This document shows positions 10,109 through 20,061 of a DNA stretch of 54,884 nucleotides, piece after piece. Source of the stretch: Bacillota bacterium. Its GTDB lineage: Bacteria > Bacillota > Clostridia > Lachnospirales > Lachnospiraceae. The stretch covers positions 1-54,884 of the forward strand of contig JAEZXP010000154.1 in assembly GCA_023419655.1 (NCBI GenBank). Reading direction: 5' to 3'. The notes under the pieces are model-generated. The model ran no database searches. It saw only the letters and a program-made list of their open reading frames with translations, and had not been told where the DNA came from. How positions within the stretch are numbered: position 1 is the first letter of the stretch; each line of letters opens with the position of its first letter. A program made the position numbers and the translations under genes.

Positions 10109-11176
10109 CTACAGGATACTCTCAAGGCTTTTTAAGAACATCTCTTTCTTTGGATTTTGCTCCCCTATACTGTTGAGCTTTTGGATGTTTCGTCCTGATA
10201 TCCAGACTTTCTTGCCATTATAATAAAAGTTTGTTATCTTCCAGAATTTCTCGGGATATAGTAAAAGCAGATATAAGACCTCCAGCTCTTCTCCGGATAT
10301 GGGCCGTATACTGTCATAAGCCTCTATAATATTGCTGCCATAGAGGATATCCCAATCATTTTTCTCCATTACTTTTCTGATAAATTGGTACAAATCCGTA
10401 ATCTGAATCCCGATATGGGCTTTTTCAAAATTGGTCGTTGCCATCCCATTGCCCCACTCGGAGGATATCTCGGCAGCGGATAAAGCCTGCCGGTTAGCCC
10501 AGCTCATTTCATTTTTATTTTTTTGCACAATAATAATATTATGATAGTTATAATTGCCATGGCATACCGCCCTTTGTTGTGCAGCCTCCTTAAGCGCATG
10601 GCTGTAGCCGGAGCCTGACAATCTTTTGGCAGCTTCTAAGCCCTGTTCATAGAATTCATCATAATAATTAAGGTAAAGTATCTCAAATTCATTCTTTTGA
10701 CGCTTATCCCGAATATAGCTCTTGACTCGTTTTAACTCCCTGTTCCGCTTTTCAAAGATTTCATGGAGATTACCGGCAATATTATATTCCATTTGTTCTT
10801 TGGTAAATTCCACATCCTTTAAAACGCTATGCAGCTTTGCCAGGTTAGCGGATGCCATTTCAATCTGGGACAGCTCCTTCAGATTACATTCCTCTCCCCA
10901 AAACCAGTTCTTAACGATATACCGGCATCCGGATTGATCCTCTGCTATAATGTCATCCTCTATTGTTTTAACGTACAGATCTGTATTATAATATCCGTGC
11001 ATATAGAGATGTTCTTTTACGTTATGCTCAAATAGCGCACGGTTTTTCGAACCTTCAAAGCACTTAAAAAGCTTTAAGCCGCTGTCGGTTTCTAACATAT
11101 AAGCACCTCTTGCTCGATAGGTATTATACACCTTAAAAGGATACTTTTTTAATACCTCCTGACATCTGTCTTCCAA
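10109..11176 (-). CDS. CotS-family spore coat protein (APH/kinase-like fold)
   Basis: LAKLH, CHGNYNYHN, YPEKFWK; likely TTG start after GGGGTGG. Confidence 0.82.
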   Translation of the reverse strand: MEDRCQEVLKKYPFKVYNTYRARGAYMLETDSGLKLFKCFEGSKNRALFEHNVKEHLYMHGYYNTDLYVKTIEDDIIAEDQSGCRYIVKNWFWGEECNLKELSQIEMASANLAKLHSVLKDVEFTKEQMEYNIAGNLHEIFEKRNRELKRVKSYIRDKRQKNEFEILYLNYYDEFYEQGLEAAKRLSGSGYSHALKEAAQQRAVCHGNYNYHNIIIVQKNKNEMSWANRQALSAAEISSEWGNGMATTNFEKAHIGIQITDLYQFIRKVMEKNDWDILYGSNIIEAYDSIRPISGEELEVLYLLLLYPEKFWKITNFYYNGKKVWISGRNIQKLNSIGEQNPKKEMFLKSLESIL

Positions 11177-11323
11177 AGCATTCCACCCCCAACAATTCAT
11201 AATATCTGTCTACTAATATTATGATATGTCTTATGAATTCATGAATAAAACAAACAGTTTCATGAGGTATCATGCAAATTTATATTAAAAATACAGTTTA
11301 AACCGTACATAGAGCAAAATTAA

Positions 11324-11517
11324 GGGGTTGCTGCAAAATGATATTAGGTACACAGGTATAACCATAATGCACCGTTAGAAGAACAGATGCTATAATTTGT
11401 AAGCCATATAAGCGGACAGTTTATGTCCGATTTGAGCTTATAAATTATAGTGTCTGTACTTCTACCGGTGTGTGAGGTTCATACCTGTATGCCTGATGCT
11501 ATTTTGCAACAACCCTC
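11324..11517. repeat. ~194-bp long imperfect palindrome (MITE/REP-like or structured RNA)
   Basis: GGGTTGCTGCAAAAT...ATTTTGCAACAACCC ends, with pairing continuing almost to the central loop. Confidence 0.85.
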
Positions 11518-11523
11518 CATCTC

Positions 11524-12888
11524 TTATCTATTCAATGATTTTACTATACCGAGCAAGGTTTCTTTATCATTCAGGGAGGGGTCTTCAATAACCATATCCA
11601 ATAGACTGTTTAATATCCTTCCCATCTCTTTTCCGGGCTTAAAGCCTGCTGTTATCAGGTCCTTTCCGTTGATTTGAAGCTCTTTAAGGCTGACACATTC
11701 CTCTCTTGATATCATTTCCCGATAAAGCCGCTTTGCTTCCTCCAGCTGCCTGAATTTATCCTTATTGGTCTCGGGATTCTTCCCGCTGGTATCCGCATAG
11801 TTGATTTCAAATAAAAGCTCCATGTATTCCTTGCCAATCTTCGCAGCCGCTTTTCTTATTCCTGTGGGTGTCAGAACAAACCGGTAGTCATGCCATCTGA
11901 CCAGATGAACCACGGCTTCCAATGTATCATTATCGAACTTCAAGTCCTTTAGAATCCGTTTTGCGGTCATCGCTCCCTTTTCCTGATGTCCGTAAAAATG
12001 ATTCTGTCCGTCCTTCCCCATCGTGATGGTACCGGGCTTTTCTATATCGTGAAGCAGCATGGTCCAGCGCAAGATAACCCTTTCCTGCGAAGAAAACCGG
12101 TTCTCACTGATTTTACCCGCAACGGCACTGACTGCCCGGATAGTATGTTCACCTACGCTGTAAGCATGATGGATGTTCTTTTGTCCTGTTACCATCATCT
12201 TATCGAATTCAGGGATAATCACCTTACTAATCCCCAGCTCATACAAAAGCCGGAACCTGTCAGGATGGTCAGATATCAGAAGCTTTGTAAGTTCCGTCCG
12301 GATTCTTTCGGCGCTGATGTTTCTCAGATGCTCCGCCTTGCCCATGACGGCCCTCTTTGTTTCCTCTTCTATGGCAAAGTCCAGTTGAGCGGAAAACCGG
12401 ACGGCCCGCAATATCCTTAATGCGTCTTCATCAAACCTTTCGGAAGCATTACCTACACAGCAAATCAACCGGTCATTCAAATCTTTCCTTCCGCCGAATA
12501 AATCTATCACGCCCTGTTCGGGGTTATATGCCATTGCATTGATTGTAAAGTCTCTTCTCTTTAAGTCCTCTTCCAAATTGCCGGTAAAGGATACCTCTTT
12601 TGGGTGCCGGTTATCCTCATATATGCCATCAAGGCGGTAAGTGGTAACCTCATAATGTTCCTTATCCAAAAGTACGGTAACCGTCCCATGAACAATACCC
12701 GTATCCACCGTCCTCTTAAAAATCCTCTTCACTTCATGAGGCTTGGCGGAGGTTGTAATATCCCAGTCCTCGGGTTTTTTCCCAAGCAGCATATCGCGGA
12801 CACAGCCTCCTACAGCATAGGCCTCAAAGCCATTGTCCGTTAATGCCTGTATAATATATTGGACTTTTTTAGGTATCTGAAATTCCAT
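11524..12888 (-). CDS. cca: CCA tRNA nucleotidyltransferase with HD domain
   Basis: VGGCVRD..D.DITT, RRDFTINAM, EDALRILRAVRF, LLHD. Confidence 0.95.
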   Translation of the reverse strand: MEFQIPKKVQYIIQALTDNGFEAYAVGGCVRDMLLGKKPEDWDITTSAKPHEVKRIFKRTVDTGIVHGTVTVLLDKEHYEVTTYRLDGIYEDNRHPKEVSFTGNLEEDLKRRDFTINAMAYNPEQGVIDLFGGRKDLNDRLICCVGNASERFDEDALRILRAVRFSAQLDFAIEEETKRAVMGKAEHLRNISAERIRTELTKLLISDHPDRFRLLYELGISKVIIPEFDKMMVTGQKNIHHAYSVGEHTIRAVSAVAGKISENRFSSQERVILRWTMLLHDIEKPGTITMGKDGQNHFYGHQEKGAMTAKRILKDLKFDNDTLEAVVHLVRWHDYRFVLTPTGIRKAAAKIGKEYMELLFEINYADTSGKNPETNKDKFRQLEEAKRLYREMISREECVSLKELQINGKDLITAGFKPGKEMGRILNSLLDMVIEDPSLNDKETLLGIVKSLNR

Positions 12889-12973
12889 GGTTCCTCCGGT
12901 TAAACTGTATAATGTATCTACCGTGATTATAGCAGAGGGATTTTGACAATACAAGGTGTGAATTCACTTGTGC

Positions 12974-14413
12974 CTAGTATGCTTTACCCCAATAAGTCAT
13001 GGTCTTGGCCGGCTTGCCGCAGCATACACAGTGCTCGTCTATATGCTCCTGTTCAAATGGCATGCAGCGGGAGGTTGCTCCCGTTCTTTCTTTAATTTCA
13101 TTCTCACAGGCCTCATCCATACACCACATGGCTTTGACGAATCCGGGCTTATCATTCATGATATTCTCAAACTCCTCCATGTTCGTTGCTGTATAGGTAT
13201 GAGCATCCCGGTGCGCTCTGGCTCTTTCCAGCATATCGGACTGCATCTTTTCAAGAATTTCTCCGACCCTGCTTTCTATCTCATCCAGATTGACAACAAT
13301 CTTTTCTCTGGTATCCCGCCTTACTACGACCGCCTGATTATTCTCTATATCCTTGGGGCCTATCTCGATTCGGACGGGAATTCCGCGCATTTCCTGCTCA
13401 CTGAACTTCCAGCCCGGGCTCTTGTCAGAATCATCTATTTTTACTTTAAATGCAGCTAATCTGTCTTTGATTTCATTTGCCTTCTCAAGGACACCTTCTT
13501 TGTTCTGGGCGATGGGTATAATCATTGCCTGAACCGGTGCGATTCTCGGAGGAAGAACCAGCCCGCTGTTATCACCGTGAACCATAATGATGGCACCGAT
13601 AATTCTGGTGGACATGCCCCATGAGGTCTGGTGCACATATTGCAGCTTATTGTCCTTATCCGTATATTGAATATTAAATGCCCTTGCAAAGCCGTCGCCA
13701 AAGTCATGGCTTGTTCCGGATTGCAGTGCCTTGCCGTCATGCATCATGGCTTCAATTGTATAGGTGGCCTCTGCTCCTGCGAATTTCTCCTTGTCGGACT
13801 TTCTTCCCTTCATCATAGGAATTGCCAACACGTTTTCACAAAAATCCGCATAAACACCCAGCATCTGAATGGTTCTCTCATTTGCCTCCTCCTTCGTGGC
13901 ATGGGCGGTATGTCCCTCCTGCCATAAGAACTCCATCGAGCGAAGGAAGGGTCTCGTGGTCTTTTCCCACCTCACAACCGAGCACCACTGATTATATAAT
14001 TTAGGCAGGTCACGGTATGACTGAATAATATTCGCATAAAAATCGCAGAACAGGGTTTCTGAAGTAGGACGTACACATAACCTGTCTTGAAGCTTTTCAT
14101 TGCCGCCATGGGTTACCCAGGCAACCTCAGGAGCAAAGCCCTCTACATGGTCCTTTTCCTTTTGCAGCAGACTCTCAGGTATAAACATAGGCATATACAC
14201 ATTCTCAACCCCGGTTGCCTTAAAATCCGCATCCAGCTGTCTCTGGATATTCTCCCAAAGCGCGTATCCATAAGGGCGGATAATCATACAGCCTCTTACG
14301 CTTGAGTATTCTATAAGCTCTGCCTTTTTAACCACATCTGTGTACCATTTAGCAAAATCTTCTTCCATTGAGGTAATTGCCTCAACTAATTTCTTTTCCT
14401 GTGCCATCATCAT
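12974..14413 (-). CDS. proS: Proline--tRNA ligase, archaeal/eukaryote-like type (no INS editing domain)
   Basis: [35 protein letters not shown]-terminal CVCCG..WGKAY; T-box upstream. Confidence 0.97.
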   Translation of the reverse strand: MMMAQEKKLVEAITSMEEDFAKWYTDVVKKAELIEYSSVRGCMIIRPYGYALWENIQRQLDADFKATGVENVYMPMFIPESLLQKEKDHVEGFAPEVAWVTHGGNEKLQDRLCVRPTSETLFCDFYANIIQSYRDLPKLYNQWCSVVRWEKTTRPFLRSMEFLWQEGHTAHATKEEANERTIQMLGVYADFCENVLAIPMMKGRKSDKEKFAGAEATYTIEAMMHDGKALQSGTSHDFGDGFARAFNIQYTDKDNKLQYVHQTSWGMSTRIIGAIIMVHGDNSGLVLPPRIAPVQAMIIPIAQNKEGVLEKANEIKDRLAAFKVKIDDSDKSPGWKFSEQEMRGIPVRIEIGPKDIENNQAVVVRRDTREKIVVNLDEIESRVGEILEKMQSDMLERARAHRDAHTYTATNMEEFENIMNDKPGFVKAMWCMDEACENEIKERTGATSRCMPFEQEHIDEHCVCCGKPAKTMTYWGKAY

Positions 14414-14480
14414 CTCTCCTCATATTTTCTTTTTTGGGGTTAATAATGGAGCATTTTTATTGAACCGATATTTTTTCAAT

Positions 14481-14722
14481 AAAAAAAGCCCTTCATCCCT
14501 CAAGGGACCGAAAGACTCGGCGGTACCACCCTTTTTAGCCTGCAAGCTCTTCACTTACGGCTCTCTCTTTACCGTTAACGCCGGTTCTACGTTGTATTTG
14601 GGGAAAGCATCCTTCATACAAGGCTCCAAGGGCCGGTTCGAAAACTACAGCATAAGAAGCTCCCACCATTACTTCTCTCTCTGGAATGCGCATATTTTTC
14701 TACTATTCCTCTTCAACGCCAG
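14481..14722 (-). promoter_or_regulatory. T-box riboswitch (Pro specifier) with terminator
   Basis: Stem I AGAGA/GGUG elements; specifier loop GAACCGGCCC (CCG or CCC, both Pro); T-box AAGGGUGGUACCGC; terminator plus U-run. Confidence 0.93.
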
Positions 14723-14738
14723 TTTAATGTACTTTATT

Positions 14739-15821
14739 TTATTCCAGTTTGGCGCCTTTGTCAAGTGAATGTGATTCCTTATCATTCATTGCTTTTATAA
14801 TGGCTATAATAATGATAAGACCCGTCGGTCCCAGAATAAATCCGGCTATTCCAAAAAGTTTCAGGCCTATATACATGGATATAAGGGTATACAAAGGCTT
14901 TATGCCTATCCTGTTGCCAATCAGCTTTGGCTCCAGCACTTCGCGCAGAACCTGACATATAAGATATACGGTTACAAGAATTGCCGCTCCATATATATTC
15001 CCGTTAATAAGCATTATAATGCCCCATGGAATTAATATCATTCCGCTTCCTATTACAGGCAAGGCATCCAATATGGCAATCAGCAGACCCAGCAATAAGG
15101 CATATTCATTTTTTATTAAAACCAGTCCGGTTACACAGCATACGGCCACCATCACCATAATAAGCAGCTGCGCCCTTATATATGCAATTCCCGCATCCGC
15201 TAATTTAACGGTTACTCCGTTAATATCATTGTATATCTCCAGGTCTTTGTATTTTTTTTTCAGTGCCGGTACTTCCTTGACGATTAGCGCCGCTGATATG
15301 AAGATAATCAGAAGAATACCTATAAACCCAACTATTTTAACGGTAAAGTTAAGTGTTTTTGCCGTCAGCCCGGGGATTACATCGGTCTTTACCTTATCGA
15401 CCATTTTCATCATATTATCATCCATTGCTGCCCTTGCGCTTCCTGCTGCCAGGCCCAGGATTTCATCGCAGCTGCTGCATATACTGTCCAGCTTGCCTGC
15501 CAGAATACTTAGATAGGCCGGTATATTCCTGGCGAAATTCACTGCCTGCTTAATCACCAGATTCCCCAGATAGAACAATCCCGTTCCGATAAGTGAAATC
15601 AATACCAAAAGAGACAGGGAGCCGCCTACAATTCGTGGTATCTTGACTTTTCTATATAGGAATTCCGTAGGCTTTCTGACTATCCACGCCAACAGGTAAG
15701 CAACGATAAAAGGCAAGATAAGCGGCAGAATAAAACGAAATCCCAGATACACGCTTAAAGTAATAATAATCAGCTTAATAAATAACCTTATCCTTTTATT
15801 CTCCCAAAGCTTCATTTTCAA
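14739..15821 (-). CDS. ytvI: Sporulation integral membrane protein YtvI (AI-2E family)
   Basis: DALPVIGSGMILIPW, LEPKLIG..IG..PL..LISMYIG. Confidence 0.85.
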   Translation of the reverse strand: MKMKLWENKRIRLFIKLIIITLSVYLGFRFILPLILPFIVAYLLAWIVRKPTEFLYRKVKIPRIVGGSLSLLVLISLIGTGLFYLGNLVIKQAVNFARNIPAYLSILAGKLDSICSSCDEILGLAAGSARAAMDDNMMKMVDKVKTDVIPGLTAKTLNFTVKIVGFIGILLIIFISAALIVKEVPALKKKYKDLEIYNDINGVTVKLADAGIAYIRAQLLIMVMVAVCCVTGLVLIKNEYALLLGLLIAILDALPVIGSGMILIPWGIIMLINGNIYGAAILVTVYLICQVLREVLEPKLIGNRIGIKPLYTLISMYIGLKLFGIAGFILGPTGLIIIIAIIKAMNDKESHSLDKGAKLE

Positions 15822-16091
15822 TCACCCCCTGATTTTATTAACTTAAAGCAGTTTTTAAATATTTTTGGTAATTAAAAAGAGAATTCATTTTTATGAATCC
15901 TCTTATCTTTATTTTCTGTTTTTAAATTTTTTATATCCTCGGGGATAATTTGAAATAAAAAGGATATATTATCTTATTCAGAGGTTAATTACATTCTTTG
16001 AAGCTTATTGCAAGCTTTAAATGCAGCCGTCTCCTGATTTGTTATTTCCTGACTGAATAAAACCCATTCTTTTTCAAATTTTTATGATACA

Positions 16092-16883
16092 CTAAATTAT
16101 TTCTATCTGAATATAGCTTACACCTGCAAAAAAAGCGGCTTTCGCATAGTCCTGATTATCCATTACCAGATAGTCGCTGCCCTGCTGCTGTACCCTGATA
16201 ACCTTGTCCTTATAACAGACAGCCGCTTCCATCTCTTTTATCAATGCATCAAGACTCTTCTTATCCTCCGCTTCCTTTAAATCTTCAAATACAAAACGCT
16301 TGGGCGAAACAAGAATTTTTGATGTCTCCTGTGAATGATGATAGTATATCCTTGCTTCCTCTATAATAATCTCGGCTATGATTTCCGGATTGCAGTAGGT
16401 GCTGTCTATAACCAGATTATAATTCGAAAAATCCATATAATTGAGATTATATATCTCCTTATAGCGTATACTTTCTGTCTTTGCCCGCTCTGCGAGCAGC
16501 TTTTTTGCTTCTTCGACGGAAGAATACCTCTCTACTGAACCTCGCTGGTCATTTATTATACGGTCTGCCGCCACATCAAGGCTGACGGATACAAATACTT
16601 TGAAGGAATGCTCCGCAAAATGCCATGCCAGCCTGGAATCAAATATAATGTTCTTATCCTTATATGTTCTTGAAATACGGGTCGTTTCATCATCAATCAT
16701 ATGGTCATATTTTCGGTCACTCATCATAAGCTGGTTCAGCTCCAAAGTACTGAGATTCATCTGGCTTGCCAGCTCTCTTTGAATCTTCCCGGTGGAGTAA
16801 ATCTCAAAATTATATTTTTCACTAAGAAACTTTCCTATGGTGGATTTTCCGCTTCCCAGGTTTCCCGTTATCGTAATATGCAT
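16092..16883 (-). CDS. Cytidylate kinase-like (archaeal-type) P-loop kinase with extra C-terminal domain
   Basis: ITITGNLGSGKST, DSRLAWHF, YNLVIDST. Confidence 0.8.
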   Translation of the reverse strand: MHITITGNLGSGKSTIGKFLSEKYNFEIYSTGKIQRELASQMNLSTLELNQLMMSDRKYDHMIDDETTRISRTYKDKNIIFDSRLAWHFAEHSFKVFVSVSLDVAADRIINDQRGSVERYSSVEEAKKLLAERAKTESIRYKEIYNLNYMDFSNYNLVIDSTYCNPEIIAEIIIEEARIYYHHSQETSKILVSPKRFVFEDLKEAEDKKSLDALIKEMEAAVCYKDKVIRVQQQGSDYLVMDNQDYAKAAFFAGVSYIQIEII

Positions 16884-17039
16884 CGTATTACCTTCCTTTA
16901 TTGGTGTCATATTTATCTCTATCAGATATTATAGCTGATAGCGATGAAATATACAACAAAGGGTTTTTCTCCATTCTATAGTCCATGAACTTAACCAATA
17001 TACTATCTTTATAAGCTTTGCTTACCATTTAATATCTGT

Positions 17040-17615
17040 CTATTCCATCCGGATAAGCTCTGCATGCAGCTTGTCAACCTCTCGTATGTCATGGGTAATG
17101 ATAATCGTTGTCTTTCCTTTACTATGTTTCTTAACATAAGACACCGCCTGCTCTTTTAAGTCTTCATCCAAACCCTTAAAGGGTTCATCCATTATAAGCA
17201 CATCATATTCAGACAGAATAGCTCTTGCTATGGCTACTCGTTGTCTCATTCCGCCGCTTAAAGCCTTTACCGGCTTATCTTTGTATTCCGTCAGGCCTGT
17301 TTCCTCCAGATGCTGCCTTACGGTCTCCCCCATTACATCGTCTCTGCTGACAAGCATAATATTCTTTATGGCATCCCAGTGCTCAATCAGCCGGTCCTCC
17401 TGGAATACCGCGGAGACCTTTCTGCCTTGAAGTCCGGTTATTTCTCCTGAATCCGCTTTGTCTAATCCCATCAGAATATAGGCAAGCGTTGTCTTTCCTA
17501 TGCCGGAGGCTCCCATGATACAGGTGATGCTTCCCTCTGAAAAAGACATCGTCACATTATTCAGTACCTGCTGCCCCTTAAAGCTTTTGCATACTTTATT
17601 CACCTGAATATCCAT
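17040..17615 (-). CDS. ABC transporter ATP-binding protein (NitT/TauT type)
   Basis: GASGIGKT, LSGGMRQR, MDEPF, THD. Confidence 0.93.
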   Translation of the reverse strand: MDIQVNKVCKSFKGQQVLNNVTMSFSEGSITCIMGASGIGKTTLAYILMGLDKADSGEITGLQGRKVSAVFQEDRLIEHWDAIKNIMLVSRDDVMGETVRQHLEETGLTEYKDKPVKALSGGMRQRVAIARAILSEYDVLIMDEPFKGLDEDLKEQAVSYVKKHSKGKTTIIITHDIREVDKLHAELIRME

Positions 17616-17630
17616 GGTATACCTCCTCTC

Positions 17631-18428
17631 TTAAAGCTTTTTCTCCTGACCTTCGGTATTCCCATAACGTCTGATAATTCCCATTACGATTCTTTCAAAC
17701 AGCATACTTATAAGAATGATAACCAGCGTCCAGGCAAAAAGCTCTTTTATCATAAGATAAAGCTTGGCTTCATACAGCTTTATACCGATAGAATTTGCCG
17801 GTCTGCCGATAACCTCCGCTGCAATTCCTGATTTGAAGCTAAAACCCAGGCCAATCGATACCGCCGATATTCCAAAAGGCAAAACTGCCGGAAAATAGAT
17901 GGCCTTCATACGCTTCCATCTGCTGATACGAAATACCTTCGCCATCTCCAGAAGCTTTTTATCGGTACTTCTTAGTCCATATAAAAAGTTCGAAAATGAC
18001 ACCGGCAGTACCATTAAAAATGAAATTAATATGGATAAATTTGCTGAGCTTATCCATACCAGTGCCAGGATAATAAAGGACGCTACCGGCGTTGCTTTGA
18101 TTACCTTCATCATCGGTGACAGCAGCTCATAAATGATTTTGCTTTTATAGGACAGGACCGCCAGAACAGCCCCGGCAGTTAATCCAATAAAGAATCCAAG
18201 GATAATCCGTATAAAGGAATTCGCTATGCTTATCCAAAATCCAGCGTTCCCGCTAAGCTCAAGCACAGCAAGAAGCACATTTTTTGGAGAGGGCAGGAAA
18301 AGCTCCTGATTAATAATTCTACTGGCCGCAGCCCATAAAAATATCCAAAAGCATATAACAATCAGCTTAATACCGCCGCTTTTCATACGGTTCTTATTCG
18401 CATTATTGTCTGTTATTATATCCTTCAT
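17631..18428 (-). CDS. ABC transporter permease (NitT/TauT type)
   Basis: LPSP, LLEMAKVF EAA-like loop, IAAEVIG. Confidence 0.92.
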   Translation of the reverse strand: MKDIITDNNANKNRMKSGGIKLIVICFWIFLWAAASRIINQELFLPSPKNVLLAVLELSGNAGFWISIANSFIRIILGFFIGLTAGAVLAVLSYKSKIIYELLSPMMKVIKATPVASFIILALVWISSANLSILISFLMVLPVSFSNFLYGLRSTDKKLLEMAKVFRISRWKRMKAIYFPAVLPFGISAVSIGLGFSFKSGIAAEVIGRPANSIGIKLYEAKLYLMIKELFAWTLVIILISMLFERIVMGIIRRYGNTEGQEKKL

Positions 18429-18457
18429 ATTCCTCTCCCTTTCGGTTCTATGCGTGC

Positions 18458-19591
18458 TTACTCGTTGATAAAGTAGAAGTTATCATCCGGAAGCTCTCCG
18501 CCGACTGCATTGGGGTTTTGCTCATACAATACATTCAGATACTTCCGGGCCATTTCCTTCATCTCCGTGCCCTGAATAAGGGTGATATTGCAATAGGGGA
18601 TGGCTTTCTTTGCCACGGCCGCTTTAAAAAGGTCGAATTTTTCTATAAGCTCTGCGGCGGCATCCACATCATTATTTACAAATTCGGCACTTGCTTTATA
18701 TTCATTTAAAAAATCCTCTACTGCCTCCGGATGGTTATTAAGAAACTCACTGTTTACCACGACTACTCCGGTAACAACGCCGCTGTTCTCATTCTTTGCC
18801 GTCCATTCCTTCTCAATGTCAAGGGCAATCCGCACCTTGTCATTGTTCATCAAGACAGTGGTTACATAAGGCTGGGGCAGCATGGCGACGGCATTCTCCG
18901 AGCTCTCCAGTATAGCTGCTACTTCCGTTGCCTCTGACTTATACTCAATTGTCAAATCCTTTTCCGGGTCTAATCCATATGAGCTAAGCAGGTAATTCAG
19001 GGTATATTGCGGGGTTGTTCCATATCCGGTAGAGTAGATGGTCTTTCCTTTAAGGTCCTCCACAGAATTAATCTCATTGCCTGTTTCGACGATATACAGC
19101 ACACTGAGCGTATTTATTCCAGCCAGCTTAATCTGTCCGTTCGTCTTATTATACAATACCGATGCCAGGTTGCAGGGAACAGCGGCAATATCAAATTCTC
19201 CTTTGATTAAGCCTGTGCTTACAACATCCGCTTCTCCTGCAACCGTAAACTGATAGTCATGAGCTGCTGTGCCGGCCTGCGCATCCTCCATAAGCTTAAC
19301 CATGCCCATACCTGTCGGTCCCTTTAATGCTGCAATATTCATCTGAATTTTTTCTTTATTATCATCTTCCGTGACATCCGGAGCCTTTGATTCATCTTCT
19401 TTGTCATCCTCTGAATTCTTGTCTGCATCCGTATCCTGATTGTCATTACCTGCATCCTGATTAACAGATTCATTGTTGTTCTTATTATCAGAGGCTTTGC
19501 TGCATCCGGTTAATACCACCGCAGCAAGTATCACCGCTGTCATCATAACTAAGACAAGCTTCCTGTTTGCTATCATCTTCATTTTCTTCAT
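18458..19591 (-). CDS. ABC substrate-binding lipoprotein (NMT1/SsuA/THI5-like)
   Basis: Lipobox LTGC, acidic linker, ALKGPTGMG, DLKGKTI, LPQPY. Confidence 0.9.
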   Translation of the reverse strand: MKKMKMIANRKLVLVMMTAVILAAVVLTGCSKASDNKNNNESVNQDAGNDNQDTDADKNSEDDKEDESKAPDVTEDDNKEKIQMNIAALKGPTGMGMVKLMEDAQAGTAAHDYQFTVAGEADVVSTGLIKGEFDIAAVPCNLASVLYNKTNGQIKLAGINTLSVLYIVETGNEINSVEDLKGKTIYSTGYGTTPQYTLNYLLSSYGLDPEKDLTIEYKSEATEVAAILESSENAVAMLPQPYVTTVLMNNDKVRIALDIEKEWTAKNENSGVVTGVVVVNSEFLNNHPEAVEDFLNEYKASAEFVNNDVDAAAELIEKFDLFKAAVAKKAIPYCNITLIQGTEMKEMARKYLNVLYEQNPNAVGGELPDDNFYFINE

Positions 19592-19630
19592 CCTAATCCT
19601 CATACCTTTCTTCAATCTCTGCAAAGCAAT

Positions 19631-19888
19631 TTATTGCTTTGCATAAATGGTTTTTACACTGACGCCTTTGAGCATACCCAGCTTACCGGCAAGGGTACTG
19701 ATTACATCCTGCGGGGCATGAAGCACAATGCTTATAATGCTGATATTCTTTTCACGAAAAGGTATCCCCATTCTGCCTATAATGCATAAACTGTATTCAT
19801 GAAGCAGATTATTCAGCCTTTCTACCGACTCCATATCCTCTACAATAATTCCTATCTGAGCAATCCGATTGTCCATTCCTGCCTCCAT
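19631..19888 (-). CDS. TM1266-family small protein (putative iron-only hydrogenase system regulator)
   Basis: RIAQIGIIVED..LN.LLHEY..IIGRMGIP..L.GKLG.L.GVSVKT family signature. Confidence 0.85.
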   Translation of the reverse strand: MEAGMDNRIAQIGIIVEDMESVERLNNLLHEYSLCIIGRMGIPFREKNISIISIVLHAPQDVISTLAGKLGMLKGVSVKTIYAKQ

Positions 19889-19905
19889 CTTTGCTTTTTA
19901 TCCAA

Positions 19906-20056
19906 TAAAAAATCCCCAGGCCATAGGCATAGGGATTGATAAAATCAATCAGTTAACAAGTAAGCTCTCTATCCTTCGGGCGTCCCCTGTGATTAGATTT
20001 CTCTTACCTCATATCCTCCTATGCCTCTCTGTCAGGTAGTCCTTTCAGGTTGGCAC
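19906..20056 (-). promoter_or_regulatory. Attenuator/riboswitch-like leader of unknown class
   Basis: Intrinsic terminator (19906-19937) whose 5' arm CCUAUGCCU is complementary to upstream AGGCAUAGG (~20017-20025). Confidence 0.65.
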
Positions 20057-20061
20057 TGGTT

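Noticed and set aside
11324..11517. 6S RNA candidate based on length
   Set aside because: Pairing is nearly continuous, with no large central bubble as 6S requires.
14340..14768. 142-aa + strand ORF
   Set aside because: Antisense to the proS T-box leader.
20020..20045. PyrR-binding-loop-like GACAGAGAGGC in the TM1266 leader
   Set aside because: Lacks the UUUAA and AGUCC elements of the PyrR consensus, and the downstream genes are not recognisably pyrimidine-related; not fully excluded.
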